Origin: Vicugna vicugna
Lineage: Eukaryota
DNA: 64,000 nucleotides
Direction of reading: 5' to 3'
Assembly (NCBI GenBank): GCA_013265495.1
Contig: MU061538.1
Location: forward strand, 1,879,339-1,943,338
Position 1 is the first letter of the stretch. Each line of letters begins with the position of its first letter. Shown here piece by piece: positions 63,859 to 64,000 of this stretch. A program made the translations under genes and the position numbers. The notes under the pieces are model-generated. The model saw only the letters and a program-made list of their open reading frames with translations, searched no databases and was not told where the DNA came from.

Positions 63859-63941
63859 CAGGGTGAGGTGGGGGTCAGGGTTGGGCTCAGAGTTGGGGGG
63901 GTGGGGGTCAGGGTTGAGGTCGAGGTTAGGGTTGTGGGGGG
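63859..63941 (+). repeat. Degenerate telomere-like hexamer array
   Basis: TCAGGG TTGGGC TCAGAG TTGGGG ... TGGGGG TCAGGG TTGAGG TCGAGG TTAGGG TTGTGG. Confidence 0.6.
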
Positions 63942-64000
63942 AAGCTGTAGCAGGTGCAGCCATGCCATTTCCTGGGGTGCCCCTGACTTTGGGAGACCTG

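Noticed and set aside
1..64000. CRISPR arrays, operons, prophage or other prokaryotic systems
   Set aside because: The sequence is intron-rich mammalian DNA with no regularly spaced repeat-spacer array or dense coding.

Overview
Mammalian nuclear DNA, most likely camelid (two tRNA-derived Vic-1-type SINEs), from the interval orthologous to human 7q36.3 (EN2-CNPY1-RBM33-SHH) in reversed orientation. It holds the 5' ends of two divergent genes. RBM33 is on the minus strand (CpG-island promoter, coding exons at 13925-13967 and 3453-3531). CNPY1 is on the plus strand (exon at 60333-60445). The best find is a distal CNPY1 first coding exon at 46821-46923, about 100 bp after a 20-N gap. It encodes a signal peptide, and its phase-1 splice to the 60333 exon rebuilds the canopy-family CGAC motif, implying a full-length ER-targeted CNPY1 rather than the signal-less forms I recall from human annotation. 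Other leads are a candidate NMD 'poison' exon in RBM33 intron 2, a 3-codon uORF within a YY1 site, a CTCF motif, AT-rich enhancer-like islands, a templated-insertion scar and nested transposons. The rest is mostly L1, L2, MIR, LTR and DNA-transposon relics. Most ORF-track entries are spurious. Repeat family names and boundaries were assigned by eye and are approximate. I see no prokaryote-type system.
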